From positions 26,926 through 90,925 of the forward strand of contig CAZWXQ010000006.1 in the NCBI GenBank assembly GCA_964637955.1: a stretch of 64,000 nt of DNA. Reading direction: 5' to 3'. The DNA comes from an uncultured Gammaproteobacteria bacterium. Its GTDB lineage: Bacteria > Patescibacteriota > Microgenomatia > Levybacterales > UBA12049. The notes under the pieces were generated by a model. It had not been told where the DNA came from. It worked only from the letters and a program-made list of their open reading frames with translations, and did not search any database. This document shows positions 1 to 10,054 of the stretch, piece after piece. Every line of letters starts with the position of its first letter. The stretch's first letter is position 1. The translations under genes and the position numbers were made by a program.

Positions 1-3000
1 AGAGCAAATACTGCAAATAACGGAGGCACTATACCTGTTGCTTCTGTGGCTGGTGCTACTTCATTTGCTTCTCTCGTGGTTAATAACTCTGGTGTTGGAG
101 ATATTTTTGCAGCTTCTAAGTCTGGTGCGACTAAATTCGTAATTAAAAATGACGGAACAATTGGTTTTGGGGATGCAAACTATACAAGTTGCGATACGCT
201 CTCAACTGATTCGTCAGCGCTATTAAGCTGCGGAGTTGCGGGCTCAAGCGTTGGAGATACGTTATTGGCCGTATATGTTATTTCTTCTCATGCAGGATTA
301 AATCTTACTGTTAATTTCAGTGGAGCAGCAAATTCTGCCCCAGCTTCATCAAGTGGAACTATTACATTTCCTTCAAATGCCTCAAAAATGACAGTTGAAG
401 CAAGAGCCGGTGGAGGAGGCGGAGGAGGAACAGGAGGAGCAACAGCTATTAAGAATGCCGGTGGAGGAGGAGAAGGAGGATATTCACGCGAATTTCTCAG
501 TAGTCTTTCGAGCACATACTATGTAAAAGTAGGAGGGGGAGGAAATGGAGGAGCTGCGGGAGGTATTAACGCTGGTGCCCAAGGTACCTCAACCTGTTTT
601 GGTACAAATGCGAGCGATGCTTGTTCTGGGGCAATGATTAATACTGCCGGAGGGTTGGGAGGAGCAGGTATTAATTCTGCTGTAACCGCAGCTGGAGGAA
701 ATGGAGGAAGTGCAACTGGGGGAGATCTGAATATTCAAGGTCAGTCAGGATTTGCAAGCGCTGCAGTAGCGACATCGAATTTCAGTGGAGCAGGAGGAGG
801 AGCAGGAGGAGGCCGTCAGGTAACAGTTGCCGGTGCGGATGGAAATAGCGGATCAAGTGGTGGTGGAGGATCTGGAGCTGGAGGTATTACTTCGGCTGCT
901 ACAACAAGAGCAGGAGGTAGAGGAGGAGATGGGTATATTGTCTTCTATATCTATAAGAGTGGGGATCAGAGTCTTGCTGGTTGGAATCAGTTTGCGAGTG
1001 GAGTTTTAGCTCCTGATATTTTAACTACTGATGTATTAATCGGTGGAAATTCTACAGAATCTGCTAAATTTGGCTTTTTAAATGTCGCTGGTGGAATTCC
1101 TACGGCTTCTATTTCTGCAGGTATCGGAAATTTTGCTACATATTTAACAGGTGATGGAACTCTTAGTACCACTAATAATTCGACTCTTACACTTGGAGGA
1201 GGAGCTACTGGAAATGTTCAAATTAATCCACTTGGTGGAGCTCTATTCTCAATCGGAACCTCAAATCCTCTTGCAAGCATAGACTTAAGATATTCTTCCG
1301 GAACCAACAGAGGTGGAATTACTGCAGTTGCTTCTGTTTCGGGAACCACTTCCTTTGCTTCGCTTGTGGTTAATAACTCTGGAGTAGGAGATCTTTTTGC
1401 AGCAAGTAAGTCAGGTGCAACTAAATTTGCAGTCAATAACAATGGTAATTTGCAGTTTGCAGGAACAACAAATAGTTTATCTACTATAGCTAGTGCTGCT
1501 ACAGCATCTAGAACCTGGACATTGCCCGACGCGACAGGGACTGTTTGCCTTACTACTACTTGTGCCGCTGGCATTAATCTGTTGCAGCTTAACTCTAATG
1601 TAATTTCTCAAAACAACAATACATATGACGTAATGTTTGGGGGAACAGCTACGGCTACTGCTAAATTCGCATTCATAGGTAATGCTGGTAGTGCGACTCC
1701 AATTGCAAGTATCTCAGCTACAACAGCAAGTAGCGGAAATGGAAATGGATTAGTATTTGATTCAGGCTCCTCCTCCATTCAGTCGCTAAGAAGAAATACT
1801 CTTACCGTTGGAGGAAATACCACTGGTTCTATTCAATTCTCAGCTGGTGGAAACTCCACATTGTTCATAAAAGCAAATGGCGATATAGGAGCAGGAACAA
1901 ATAACATTGATCCACGTTCCTCTTTTGATATAAGGTCAAATACGGGAAATTCAGGAGGAACTATTTCCGTAGCTAGTGTTTCAGGAACGACTTCATTTGC
2001 AGCGCTACTTATTGATCAAAGAGGAGCAGGAGATATATTTACAGCTTCTACAGCCGGAGTTCCAAGATTTTCAATTACGAACGCTGGAGGATTTAAAATT
2101 GGGGAACTGCAGGGATCACTAGGTGAATGTCTGAAGTCGGGTGGAGCAGGAGCTTCGCTATCTTGGGGAGCATGTGGAGGTAGTGGAGCAGCCGGAACCT
2201 GGACTCTAAATTCATTAAATGGAACTCATACACCTATTAATAATACAGCAGATCTATTAATTGGTGGAATTTCTACCTCTTCCGCACTGTTTAAGGTCAC
2301 AGGGTTAAGTAGTGCATTGTCAAATCTATCTGTGGGAATTGGTTCGATGACAAGTCCAACGGGACTTCTAAATGTTGAAGGAGCTTATACCGGAAAAGCA
2401 TTAGCTATATTCAATCAGCTAGGAAATCAGGATATATTTACAGCTTCTACTTCTGGTACTCCTAGATTTGCCCTTGGAGCTAATGGAGAAATAAAAGTTG
2501 GATCAGGCGGTAATCTTTCATCTGGAATATCTGGTCAGTGTCTTATTTCAGCGGGCAATGGGGCAACAGTAAATTGGGGTGGTTGTGCATCAGGAGCTGG
2601 AGCAGGTTGGTGGACACTTCAAAGCGCACAGGGTACAGTTTATCCTGTAAATGCAACATTGGATATGCTAGTAGGTGGCACTTCAACTTCAGCAGCTAAG
2701 TTTGCTTTTACTGGAAGTGCAGGAAGCGCAAATCCAATAGCTTCTTTCTCAGCAACAACGGTTTCAAATGGAAATGGAAACGGATTATCATTCGATTCAT
2801 CAAATTCTACTATTCAGTCACTCAGAAGAAACTCATTAACTATTGGAGGAAATACCACAGGATCTATTCAATTTATTGCTGGTGGAAATTCTACATTATT
2901 CTTAAAGGCAAATGGAGACATTGGTACTGGAACAAATAATAATGATCCAAAAGCTTCATTTGATATTCGATCAAATACGGCGAATGGTGGTGGTACTGTA

Positions 3001-5109
3001 GCCGTAGCCTCTGTTTCCGGAAAAACATCTTTCGCAGCTCTAGTAGTGAATAACTCAGGAACAGGTGACTTAATAGCAGCTTCTACTGGAGGGCAAACTA
3101 GATTTAAGATCACAAACAATGGAAGCGTAATGCTTGGAGGAGATTTTATAGCAGCAAGTAATACTGCAAAGTTAACTAATAATGGAAGTCCAGCAACTAT
3201 TAACGCCCTAGGTGATCAAAACAGCTTAGTTCCAAATGCTTCATTTGAAGTAGCAACAGGTTCTGGAGCGATATCAAATGATTTTGAATTTGCTGCAGGA
3301 TGGGTAGTTTCAGCTACAACTTCGGGTACAGTAAGAGTTGATAATAGCACATCTTCTCATGGAGACAGATCTATAAAAGTTCAATTTACAAATAATAGGT
3401 CTGCGATTTATTCTGCCTGTTTCCCTGTAAATGCAGTAGATACAAATGATGGATATAATATTAATTACAACTATAGATATACAGCAGCTCCAGTGCCAAC
3501 AGTAAGAATGGGACTAAGTTATTATAATTCTAAGGCGAATTGTAATAATAATACATCAGCTCTTCATACAGCTCCTTTCAGTACAGCAGCTTTAGGAGCA
3601 GCAAGCGCAAACTGGCAACAAGTTGCAGGGGCAGCTGTAACTTTAACTGCACAAAATGCAAGATGGGCAAGAGTAAATATTTTTGTAGCATGTACCACTA
3701 ACTGTACAAATGCAACCATCTGGCTTGATGCAGTAAGAGTTTCAATGCAGAGTTTGACTGCTTCTGGTCTTGATTTGGCTGAAAATTATACAGGTGACCC
3801 AGAGAATCTTGCTGAGCCTGGAGATGTAGTTAAGCTAGTAAAACGCGACGGAAAATCCATAGTTGTTCCTGCGGATAGTGTTTATGGGAAAGATGTAATC
3901 GGAGTTGTTACCACTAAACCTGGGCTTGTACTTGATGACGAGATGGATTCTCCAAAAGTGCCCGTTGTTCTTGCTGGAAGAATTCCTGTTAAAGTATCTA
4001 CAGTAAATGGAAAAATTAAAGTTGGAGATAAGTTGACCTCGTCAAGTATTCCAGGAGTGGCTATAAAAGCTATTAAATCTGGTCAAATTATTGGAACTGC
4101 GATGGAGGATTATGATAGTGATGAGATTGGTCAGATCGTAGTTCATTTCAGTCTTCAAAATAACTCAGGTAGCATTAGTGATTCATTTGAGAATGTTTCA
4201 CTTGAATCAAATTCGTTTGGAGAAGAAGTATTAAATGAATTAAAAAATCAGGAAAATCAAGGATTGTCAGGGTCTGAAATCGTAACAGATAGGTTGATTG
4301 CTTCAGTTGAGATCGTAACTCCAAAATTAACTGTAGATACACTTCATGCTAAGAAAATAATTGTTGATGAGATAGAAGGCTTAACTTCTATAAACAGTAG
4401 ATTAGCTGATCTTGAGGCAAAAGTGGCCACCATGAGCGCTACACAGTCTTCAGATAGTACGCTTAATGTGTCCGTAGAGTACGCAACGATTAGTTCTCAA
4501 TTATCTGAGAATAACATAAAACTTGAGCAGCAGAATAAGCTCATGCAGATGATAAGTGAACAGCTTGCTAGTTCATCAGCTAATACAACTTCAAGCTCAT
4601 TAGTAGCTATTGAAACACCAACATTTACTGATAATTTAAGAATTAAGGGGAATGCTCTTATTGAGGGAGTAGTAAATGTAGTTGATTCAATTATCACAAA
4701 TAACATCATAGTTAACGGTTTAGCGACTTTCTTCGGAGACGTAATTTTTAAATCAAATGCAACATTCGAAGGTCCAGTTACATTCAGTTCTGATATGGGT
4801 GGATCTGTAGTTATTGAAAAAGAAAAAGATAAAGCAGAGATTAAGTTTAATAAAGAATTTGAAGAATTGCCACTTCTCAATGCTTCGGTTTCATTTGAAG
4901 AGCAGAAGGACGAGGAAGGAAATGTTATTCCATCCGATGAATTACAGAAGGATTACTTTAAAGAAAAATACGAATACATAATCGTAAATAAGTCTAAGAA
5001 AGGTTTTGACATTGTTCTAAATAAAAAAGCTTTGACTGACCTCACATTTACTTGGACAGCTATAAGAGTGAAAGATCCGATAAATATTCAAAGCAGAAAA
5101 CCAGATTGA
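1..5109 (+). CDS. Giant Gly/Ser/Thr-rich repetitive cell-surface protein (5' partial; frame is open back to window start)
   Basis: ORF 46..5109. Frame-1 translation of nt 1-45 (RANTANNGGTIPVASVAGATS) matches the internal repeat consensus, so the gene continues upstream. Contains ~5 copies of a ~45-aa module (SVSGTTSFASLVVNNSGVGDLFAASKSGATKF...) and poly-Gly stretches. C-terminal part contains a conserved domain shared with 31054..35490. Confidence 0.75.
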   Translation, partial: RANTANNGGTIPVASVAGATSFASLVVNNSGVGDIFAASKSGATKFVIKNDGTIGFGDANYTSCDTLSTDSSALLSCGVAGSSVGDTLLAVYVISSHAGLNLTVNFSGAANSAPASSSGTITFPSNASKMTVEARAGGGGGGGTGGATAIKNAGGGGEGGYSREFLSSLSSTYYVKVGGGGNGGAAGGINAGAQGTSTCFGTNASDACSGAMINTAGGLGGAGINSAVTAAGGNGGSATGGDLNIQGQSGFASAAVATSNFSGAGGGAGGGRQVTVAGADGNSGSSGGGGSGAGGITSAATTRAGGRGGDGYIVFYIYKSGDQSLAGWNQFASGVLAPDILTTDVLIGGNSTESAKFGFLNVAGGIPTASISAGIGNFATYLTGDGTLSTTNNSTLTLGGGATGNVQINPLGGALFSIGTSNPLASIDLRYSSGTNRGGITAVASVSGTTSFASLVVNNSGVGDLFAASKSGATKFAVNNNGNLQFAGTTNSLSTIASAATASRTWTLPDATGTVCLTTTCAAGINLLQLNSNVISQNNNTYDVMFGGTATATAKFAFIGNAGSATPIASISATTASSGNGNGLVFDSGSSSIQSLRRNTLTVGGNTTGSIQFSAGGNSTLFIKANGDIGAGTNNIDPRSSFDIRSNTGNSGGTISVASVSGTTSFAALLIDQRGAGDIFTASTAGVPRFSITNAGGFKIGELQGSLGECLKSGGAGASLSWGACGGSGAAGTWTLNSLNGTHTPINNTADLLIGGISTSSALFKVTGLSSALSNLSVGIGSMTSPTGLLNVEGAYTGKALAIFNQLGNQDIFTASTSGTPRFALGANGEIKVGSGGNLSSGISGQCLISAGNGATVNWGGCASGAGAGWWTLQSAQGTVYPVNATLDMLVGGTSTSAAKFAFTGSAGSANPIASFSATTVSNGNGNGLSFDSSNSTIQSLRRNSLTIGGNTTGSIQFIAGGNSTLFLKANGDIGTGTNNNDPKASFDIRSNTANGGGTVAVASVSGKTSFAALVVNNSGTGDLIAASTGGQTRFKITNNGSVMLGGDFIAASNTAKLTNNGSPATINALGDQNSLVPNASFEVATGSGAISNDFEFAAGWVVSATTSGTVRVDNSTSSHGDRSIKVQFTNNRSAIYSACFPVNAVDTNDGYNINYNYRYTAAPVPTVRMGLSYYNSKANCNNNTSALHTAPFSTAALGAASANWQQVAGAAVTLTAQNARWARVNIFVACTTNCTNATIWLDAVRVSMQSLTASGLDLAENYTGDPENLAEPGDVVKLVKRDGKSIVVPADSVYGKDVIGVVTTKPGLVLDDEMDSPKVPVVLAGRIPVKVSTVNGKIKVGDKLTSSSIPGVAIKAIKSGQIIGTAMEDYDSDEIGQIVVHFSLQNNSGSISDSFENVSLESNSFGEEVLNELKNQENQGLSGSEIVTDRLIASVEIVTPKLTVDTLHAKKIIVDEIEGLTSINSRLADLEAKVATMSATQSSDSTLNVSVEYATISSQLSENNIKLEQQNKLMQMISEQLASSSANTTSSSLVAIETPTFTDNLRIKGNALIEGVVNVVDSIITNNIIVNGLATFFGDVIFKSNATFEGPVTFSSDMGGSVVIEKEKDKAEIKFNKEFEELPLLNASVSFEEQKDEEGNVIPSDELQKDYFKEKYEYIIVNKSKKGFDIVLNKKALTDLTFTWTAIRVKDPINIQSRKPD
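1620..3010 (+). repeat. Internal tandem duplication inside giant CDS (period ~1035 nt / 345 aa)
   Basis: nt ~1660-1770 (AKFAFIGNAGSATPIASISATTASSGNGNGLVFDSG) recurs at ~2695-2810 (AKFAFTGSAGSANPIASFSATTVSNGNGNGLSFDSS). The following ~100 aa also repeat, with conserved Cys pairs (CLKSGGAGASLSWGACGG / CLISAGNGATVNWGGCASG). Confidence 0.6.
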
Positions 5110-5189
5110 CCTCTGGTCAATCTGATAAGTAACTCAAAACTCACAAGTTCGTTAAGAGTTACTAACCAGATTAATTATGAATTAGAAAT

Positions 5190-5740
5190 ACAAGATTAGA
5201 GATTACAGAAACTAAATTAATTTTTAAATAACAATCACTAATCTATTATTCAAAAATTCATAAAGGAAAAGGAAATACAGAATTAAATCTGTATAGGAAA
5301 ACTAAAGAGATACTGATTAGGATCAAGATTAGAGATTACAGTTCTTAAATTTAATTTTGATATTTTAAATCACTAATCTAAATCTGAAATCAGTATAAGG
5401 CAAAAATATTGCTCATGGGGTTAAGGGGAGATCAGAGGAGCAAAGCACTGATTTAGCTTCGCTAAACCAGTATAAGAAAAACTAGAACTCTTCGCTTTAG
5501 GCGAATCGTTAAGTTTTTCTAAAAACAATAGGTCAGAGATAAGAGATTAGAGATCACAGTTTAGAAATTTTTAACATTACAATCACTAATCTCTTATCAA
5601 GATCTTGAAAATTATAAAGACCTACAGGGTTAATGTAGATCAGAAGTGGGCGCTACTGATTTAACTAAGTTAAATCAGTATAAGAAGCTCTAGAACTCGT
5701 CGCCTTAGGCGACTCGTTAAGAGGCTTCTAAAGAAAGGAG
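5190..5740. repeat. Intergenic tandem hairpin repeats (3 copies of AGATTAGAGATTACAG...AATCACTAATCT; 2 copies of a ~210-bp unit)
   Basis: Inverted-repeat hairpins at 5193-5244, 5326-5379 and 5536-5598 (the last with a 13-bp perfect stem GATAAGAGATTAG/CTAATCTCTTATC). A second submotif (C/T)CAGTATAAGAA..CTAGAACTC.TCGC.TTAGGCGA.TCGTTAAG occurs at 5467-5513 and 5675-5721, each with a GTCGCC-TTAGG-CGAC hairpin. Confidence 0.6.
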
Positions 5741-5748
5741 GGAATAAT

Positions 5749-5808
5749 ATGAAAAAATTACATATCGCAGTAAGAAATTATTTACTGCTATTACAAACTG
5801 ATCCTTAG
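5749..5808 (+). CDS. Candidate 19-codon small ORF (MKKLHIAVRNYLLLLQTDP) with near-consensus SD
   Basis: AAGGAGG at 5735-5741, 7 nt before ATG 5749. Sits immediately 3' of the second tandem repeat unit. Below the 60-aa ORF-track cutoff. Confidence 0.3.
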   Translation: MKKLHIAVRNYLLLLQTDP

Positions 5809-6007
5809 GTATAAAAATAAAATTTAATTTTGGGCAAATTGTTACAGCTTTGGCGGATCAGGCTTTGATTCGACATAGCAACATAGAAATGCTTCATGTA
5901 GGGCTTTTAAAATAACATTACATGGACTGATTTCATAGACAGGTAGGCAATATTCGCCAAAGCTGTATAGGGCAAATAAGAGTAGGAGATTACAAAGAGC
6001 TTTTAGT

Positions 6008-8701
6008 CTAGAAAATATTTTTACTGTGGGATTTATTATGAGAGTGAAGTATCCACAGAACCAAGTTAAATATTGAGACTAGAAGGAAGGGAAGAGTTTT
6101 AGCTATCCCAAAGCTATTTAAGAATAAGAGCTCGAAGATAAAAGAGCCAATTATTAATACCTCAAAACTCATTCCGATAAAGTGCTCTGAGTAGTGAATG
6201 GATTTTCCTATAAAATCTAGTCCCTCTGATTGATGTTCAAGATTAATTTTAAATTTGAGATGCTCGCGCTCTCGATATTCAAAGAGAGGAGAATTTTTAT
6301 AATTCTTAGCCATTGCCATAAGTAAATATTGGGTTTTATCTTTTTTACCCTGTTTTTTTCTGAAGTAAAATTGGCCATATTTATTTGTTTTTGTGCTGCT
6401 TATAATTGCTTCATCTTCTTTGTCGGTTAAGTAAACATTGGCGTTAGGAATTGGTTTGTCATTTTCATCATAAATAACTCCATGAATATAATTATCATTT
6501 CTATCTTTTTTATCGACTAAGTAATAGAAGTAAGAAGGTATGTAGGAAATCGGGATTCTGTGTCTTTTTGAAAACGCGAAAAGAGTAAGAGCGATAACTA
6601 TTCCAAGGCTAATTATTGAAACTAAATCAAAAAATCTAGTAGAGCCTGTTAAATTTTCTGAATAAATTTGAGTGTTATAAATAAAAACATCGTTCAGTGT
6701 TCTTCGGTAATAATTAAAAAGACCTAGTAGAGAAATGTTGGTATTTTCAAGCGTTACATTTGGATATTCTTGGCCTTTATTTGGTCCGATCTCAAACTCC
6801 ACAGTTTTATCTTTATGTTTTAAATCAGAAATTTCTGCTTTATATCTTCCCTGAGGGAGAACTAGATTAAGTTCACCATTTGAATTGGAATAGATTGGAT
6901 TTCCTTCAGATAATGAGCTTGAAGGAATAATTTTATATGTTTTTGAAGAAGGATTGTAGGCAGAAATATGAACTCTTGCGCCTTCAATAGGTTTCTCATT
7001 CGTTGAAATGATTTTAAATTTTTTGACAACTTTTACTTTTGCAATTTGCTGCTCAGTAAGATTTCCATTCGCGTCATTTATTCTAAGAAAAAGTCCATAA
7101 TTGCCAGGATCTGCGCTTGTTTTTAGATTTCCAAAATAAACCCCATTTTCTATTTCAAGCAAGCTCACGATATCAGTATTGGCTTGGGCTTTTTGAGGGA
7201 AATCAAAAATGCCTAATATGTTTTCGTTTCTTAAATTTGCCTCAACTATGCTTGCATTTGTTTTATCTTGCATGGCGAATTTAAATTGAAATTCAGAATT
7301 TTGGGGAATAACTAAGAAATTATTTTTTTCTGGAATAAGTGAAGTTATGATGGTATTGTCGCTTGAAGCTATTAAAGACAAAATATTTGCACTCAGAGGC
7401 GATGAATTTGAAGCACTTTTGAATGTATAGATGTCAGAAATTACCTGATTATTGTTTTTATCTGTTGCATAAACTTTAAAGAAATATTTCGTATTAGGTT
7501 TTAGGTCCTTAAGGGAAATATGAGTTCCAAGATTTAAATTTGTAGATGATCTTTTGTTTAGATCATTTATTGAAGTGCCATACATAACAACTTTTACGGT
7601 TTTAATATTTGTTTGAACATAGACTCTTGCTTCGGTTGATTTTATTTCTGGAATTTCAATTTCTTCAAATTTAGGGAGTATTTTTTTTGGGGGAATTACG
7701 GGTGGGAGAGGAGTAGGGGTTGGAGTTGGACCTACGCTATGTTTGTAATAATCGTAGTTAAAGGAGTATGTTGTTGATGCGTTGCTAAATAGAATTCTGC
7801 TTGAAGTTCTAAATAATGTTTTACCGCTTTCGGTGTTGTTAGTTTTTAATTTAAATCCTACGAAAGCAGAGGTCGAAGCAGATGGATATGAGCTTATATT
7901 CCACGTTATAGTTCTATTTATGAGATCAATTACAGGTGGGGTATTTCCATACCCAATTGTTGCACTTCCGTTAACATATTCAAGGATATCTAGAGTTGCA
8001 TCATTTTCACCATCTCTGGTTCCTCTAGACCATCCCGCCTCTAAATTAAATGAAGCCGGTATAAAAAGAGAAGTGCCATATGTAATTTGATATTCAATCT
8101 CTTCATTTTCTCCAAAAACTATATTTCCAATTGGATTTATTCTTCTAATTAAGTTTTCAAAATCTGATCCTTTCGGATTCACATTTGCAGTAATTGCTAT
8201 TTGATCGTTACTTACAATTGAAAGTCCATATGCTTGAGAGTCAATTTCTTGGTCTGATGAATTTAAAGTAGTGATAATTCCAGTTTTGTTTCCTAAACTT
8301 CCTGTGGTTGATGAATTTGAAGCGAAATTAAAGCAATATAAATTACCTGCATTTGTTAGATTTGAGCTTGAAAAAGTAACAGTTCGATTTGTAATTGAAT
8401 AGGCAGTCAGTCCAACTCCTGGCCATGGGACGCCATTATCTGGAATATTTGATGTATCAACATTCCAATTTGAGGGATTTGAATCAATATTAAAATCCGC
8501 AGGGAACTGTACACTAACTTTATTTTCTATCCCTGAAGTCGCGCTAGATGGGGTAGCGCAAATCGTTCCAGTTAAAGTGGTGTTTGGAGTCATTCTATTT
8601 AATTTCAGCATTGCTGTGGTCAATTTGTCGGCTTGAGCGGAACTATTGAAAATTAGAAATAAAGAAATAAAAAGAGTAAAGATGAAATAACACTTTTTCA
8701 T
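6008..8701 (-). CDS. Large secreted/membrane-anchored surface protein with carboxypeptidase-regulatory-like beta-sandwich domains
   Basis: N-terminal signal peptide (MKKCYFIFTLFISLFLIFNSSAQA). PTPTPTPLPP linker, TM helix (FFDLVSIISLGIVIALTLFAF) and C-terminal hydrophobic segment. GARVHISAYNP...GRYKAEI and GVIYDENDKPIPNANVYLTD...GQFYF resemble CarbopepD_reg-type domains. Confidence 0.7.
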   Translation of the reverse strand: MKKCYFIFTLFISLFLIFNSSAQADKLTTAMLKLNRMTPNTTLTGTICATPSSATSGIENKVSVQFPADFNIDSNPSNWNVDTSNIPDNGVPWPGVGLTAYSITNRTVTFSSSNLTNAGNLYCFNFASNSSTTGSLGNKTGIITTLNSSDQEIDSQAYGLSIVSNDQIAITANVNPKGSDFENLIRRINPIGNIVFGENEEIEYQITYGTSLFIPASFNLEAGWSRGTRDGENDATLDILEYVNGSATIGYGNTPPVIDLINRTITWNISSYPSASTSAFVGFKLKTNNTESGKTLFRTSSRILFSNASTTYSFNYDYYKHSVGPTPTPTPLPPVIPPKKILPKFEEIEIPEIKSTEARVYVQTNIKTVKVVMYGTSINDLNKRSSTNLNLGTHISLKDLKPNTKYFFKVYATDKNNNQVISDIYTFKSASNSSPLSANILSLIASSDNTIITSLIPEKNNFLVIPQNSEFQFKFAMQDKTNASIVEANLRNENILGIFDFPQKAQANTDIVSLLEIENGVYFGNLKTSADPGNYGLFLRINDANGNLTEQQIAKVKVVKKFKIISTNEKPIEGARVHISAYNPSSKTYKIIPSSSLSEGNPIYSNSNGELNLVLPQGRYKAEISDLKHKDKTVEFEIGPNKGQEYPNVTLENTNISLLGLFNYYRRTLNDVFIYNTQIYSENLTGSTRFFDLVSIISLGIVIALTLFAFSKRHRIPISYIPSYFYYLVDKKDRNDNYIHGVIYDENDKPIPNANVYLTDKEDEAIISSTKTNKYGQFYFRKKQGKKDKTQYLLMAMAKNYKNSPLFEYREREHLKFKINLEHQSEGLDFIGKSIHYSEHFIGMSFEVLIIGSFIFELLFLNSFGIAKTLPFLLVSIFNLVLWILHSHNKSHSKNIF

Positions 8702-8855
8702 GAGCTATCTTTAGCATAGCCATCAGATTGGATATTGTCCATATTGCTCATTAATTTGTTTAAGATTATTTATGGTGCCAAATTTATTTTATTATTGAGG
8801 AGTTTTAATATGGTTTTCTTGACAATTTTTGGCATAAATAATAATCTAAATTAAG

Positions 8856-9557
8856 ATGAAAAAATCCCCAAAGGTGAAACTCTCACCTAAAAAGTTAGTT
8901 GTAATTATCGTCGTAATAGGGCTTTTGGTAGCAACTGTTATTGGATTGTTCTACATGATGGATTATAAAAAGAAGCAAGCAATTAAAAATAATCCCCAGT
9001 TGGCAACTGCACAAGACACAAAAGATATTGTTGAAAAAGTGGGGAAGCTCATAAAGCTTCCGAGCGAAACTCCTTCAATTGCAACTGTTTCAGATATTAC
9101 TAAGCTTAGAAATCAAACTCTTTTCCAAAATGCCCAAAACGGCGATAAAGTTCTGATTTTTAATCAAGCAAAAAGAGCAATTGTTTATAGGCCAAGTGAA
9201 AATGTGATTATTGAAATTGGAAATGTGGTAGTTGCTCCTGAAAGTTCACCTTCTGCTGGTTCACAAGAGGCTGAAAAGGTGAGAGTAGTTCTTCTTAATG
9301 CAACCACAACAGCAGGTTATGCTAAGAAAATTGGCGCTGACTTAGCAAGTGAATTCCCAAACCTTGAAGTTTCTAGCACCTCGAATGCAAATGGAGATTA
9401 TAAGGAGAATACAGTTTATGTAATTACTAGTAATAAAGCTTCGACTGACTTGGCAAAAAGCATCGCATCTTCTATAAATGGGGAAGTGAAGTCTGTTTTA
9501 CCAACTGATGAGACAAAGCCTGCTAATGCTGATGTTTTAGTAATCCTCGGCAAATAA
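8856..9557 (+). CDS. Membrane-anchored LytR_C-domain (cell-envelope-related) protein
   Basis: N-terminal TM (LVVIIVVIGLLVATVIGLFYMM). C-terminal VRVVLLNATTTAGYAKKIGADLASEF...NTVYV resembles the LytR C-terminal domain. Confidence 0.5.
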   Translation: MKKSPKVKLSPKKLVVIIVVIGLLVATVIGLFYMMDYKKKQAIKNNPQLATAQDTKDIVEKVGKLIKLPSETPSIATVSDITKLRNQTLFQNAQNGDKVLIFNQAKRAIVYRPSENVIIEIGNVVVAPESSPSAGSQEAEKVRVVLLNATTTAGYAKKIGADLASEFPNLEVSSTSNANGDYKENTVYVITSNKASTDLAKSIASSINGEVKSVLPTDETKPANADVLVILGK

Positions 9558-9577
9558 TACTGCTTTATAAACAAAAA

Positions 9578-9602
9578 CCCACCAGTTATGGTGGGTAATT
9601 TG
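9578..9602 (+). terminator. Hairpin CCCACCA-GTTA-TGGTGGG + TAATTT after the LytR_C gene
   Basis: Perfect 7-bp GC-rich stem 21 nt after the stop codon, followed by a short T tract. Confidence 0.4.
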
Positions 9603-9646
9603 CAGCTAACATGAAGATATAATTCTTTCTTTAAGCTCGCCCAGTT

Positions 9647-9807
9647 TTGTAGACTCAAAAAGGATACAAGCACATAATCCCGCATATTTGTAGACTCAAA
9701 AAGGATACAAGCACCTGCCCAATGCTTGTATCCTATTTCAATCAAAATATGCGGGGTCTGCCTCCCGTATTAAACGGGACTTCGCAAGCTTGTATCCTAT
9801 TTCAATC
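9647..9807. repeat. MITE-like repeat cluster: two direct 27-bp copies and two inverted 20-bp copies of one motif
   Basis: TTGTAGACTCAAAAAGGATACAAGCAC at 9647-9673 and 9688-9714. Inverted variant GCTTGTATCCTATTTCAATC at 9724-9743 and 9788-9807. Internal CCCGCATAT/ATATGCGGG and CCCGT-ATTAA-ACGGG hairpins. Confidence 0.5.
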
Positions 9808-9992
9808 TGCACATTTAAATGGGCGAATCTTATTAAAAACAGCAAAAATGAATTGTTGAATTATCAAGGATTGGCAACTTAATCTGTTATTTTTGGCCTC
9901 AACTATTTAACTTGACAATTTTCACAGTTCCTGTTTCAATATTTACGGCAGTTAGTTTTATTCCTGCCTGAAAAACTAACTGTTATTTTGAA

Positions 9993-10054
9993 GAGCATTG
10001 CTTTTCGTACCTTGTATTTATCATCCTGAGTAACGAAAGCGATGCTCTTTTTTT
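9993..10054 (+). terminator. Strong intrinsic terminator-like hairpin + T7 run with no annotated upstream + strand gene
   Basis: AGAGCATTGCTTTTCGT...ACGAAAGCGATGCTCT (16-bp stem with one G-U and one bulge) followed by TTTTTTT at 10048-10054. Confidence 0.5.

Noticed and set aside
288-4880. Multiple 60-130-aa antisense ORFs inside the giant repeat-protein genes (e.g. 288..515, 1218..1574, 2868..3119, 4497..4880 and those inside 31054..35490)
   Set aside because: Embedded in and antisense to long, clearly coding repeat genes. Pro-rich translations of Gly codons read backwards.
9647-9807. Possible CRISPR array (27-bp repeat seen twice with a 14-bp gap, related copies nearby)
   Set aside because: Only two direct copies. 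Spacer far too short (14 bp). The other copies are inverted. No cas genes anywhere in the window. Better explained as a MITE-like or operator-like inverted-repeat cluster.
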